DNA of 64,000 nt from sequence record NC_031107.2; one strand, given 5' to 3'. A model generated the notes under the pieces. That model saw only the letters and a program-made list of their open reading frames with translations, was not told the origin of the DNA and did no database searches. Of this stretch, positions 63,276-64,000 are shown in pieces (the stretch's first letter is position 1; every line of letters begins with the position of its first letter). The position numbers were made by a program, and so were the translations under genes.

Positions 63276-64000
63276 ATGTCACTGAACTACGGTAAAGTCT
63301 CCGACTTACTGGTGTTCGATCTGATAAACCGGGACAACCCCGGTTTACCGATTCCGGTAAGCGACCAGAACGTCATCGTGGAAAAGATTACCACGGTACA
63401 ACCTTCTGCTGCTACAAACAACCGTAACACCCAGGCCCGTTTGCGTGGTGTGCAGGGCGCAGGTTACCGCGACTCTATTACGCTCTATTACGATCGTATT
63501 AACCTGGGACGCATCATCCCCTGGTGGAGTCTGGGTACCAACACGCGTACCGCGGCAGGCATTACCAGCTTTACGGCTGCGTCGTTGCACGACTTACTGC
63601 CTGCCATTCTGGATGCGTACGGGATTAACCTGCAACCCAAGGACGTGCAGAACGTCAGCTTTGCTGGGGTAGGTCAGGCGAACTACAACCTGACCTACAA
63701 TTGCACCGCATTGGCGACTTCACCTGCCTACGTCAGTAGCTTTACGGGTTATCTGAAACGCGGTCTGCCGGTACTGGATACGTCCATTACCATCGATACC
63801 TTAAACGTCATGAAACACCCGATTAGCCTTGATGGGAATCAGAAGTGTGTGGACTTGATGACCTGGGGTATTGACTTCACCGCGTACAAGAACCTGTTGG
63901 CCGTCACCTCGGGTGGTCTGACGCAATGGGCAGGTCTGCGTAATCTGCTGGACAGCCTGGGTGTGCCGAACTATGCTGCACCGTTGAACTCCAACTTCGT
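63276..64000 (+). CDS. Tail-associated paralog family member (3'-truncated by window edge)
   Basis: GAGG SD, ATG 63276; MSLNYGKVSDLLVFDLINRDN, YYDRINL, ILDAYGINLQPKDV; open to the window end. Confidence 0.65.
   Translation, partial: MSLNYGKVSDLLVFDLINRDNPGLPIPVSDQNVIVEKITTVQPSAATNNRNTQARLRGVQGAGYRDSITLYYDRINLGRIIPWWSLGTNTRTAAGITSFTAASLHDLLPAILDAYGINLQPKDVQNVSFAGVGQANYNLTYNCTALATSPAYVSSFTGYLKRGLPVLDTSITIDTLNVMKHPISLDGNQKCVDLMTWGIDFTAYKNLLAVTSGGLTQWAGLRNLLDSLGVPNYAAPLNSNF

Noticed and set aside
58047-64000. Diversity-generating retroelement or invertible cassette acting on the tail paralogs
   Set aside because: No reverse transcriptase or invertase in the window, and by eye no near-identical nucleotide template/variable repeat pair or flanking inverted sites; similarity is at protein level only.

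Overview
This window is part of a phiKZ-related jumbo myophage genome. Gene order and protein style resemble the Salmonella SPN3US / Erwinia phiEaH2 group; that assignment is recalled, not searched. It is almost entirely + strand and densely coding. Conserved core blocks: virion genes (1-4.8 kb), DnaB-like helicase (-), major capsid protein, a non-virion RNA polymerase beta N-terminal subunit, portal (-), baseplate-type genes with a RuvC-like nuclease, a GH8-like tail protein, a beta-helix tailspike-like protein and a run of tail-associated paralogs (58-64 kb). These are interleaved with accessory cassettes: GNATs, a SLOG protein, dTMP kinase, an XRE regulator, Dam, Tyw3-like paralogs, a dead prohead-protease paralog, and a QueC-like + DUF488 pair. 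The non-coding DNA is highly organised: UUCG-type terminators, an early promoter/leader module, a bipartite TAC-N15-T(A/G)TG motif at 7 intergenic sites, an H-type pseudoknot, a three-way-junction RNA, and an anti-Shine-Dalgarno leader. I saw no tRNA, rRNA, CRISPR array, integrase, transposase or reverse transcriptase. All protein calls come from motif recognition by eye; no database search was run.
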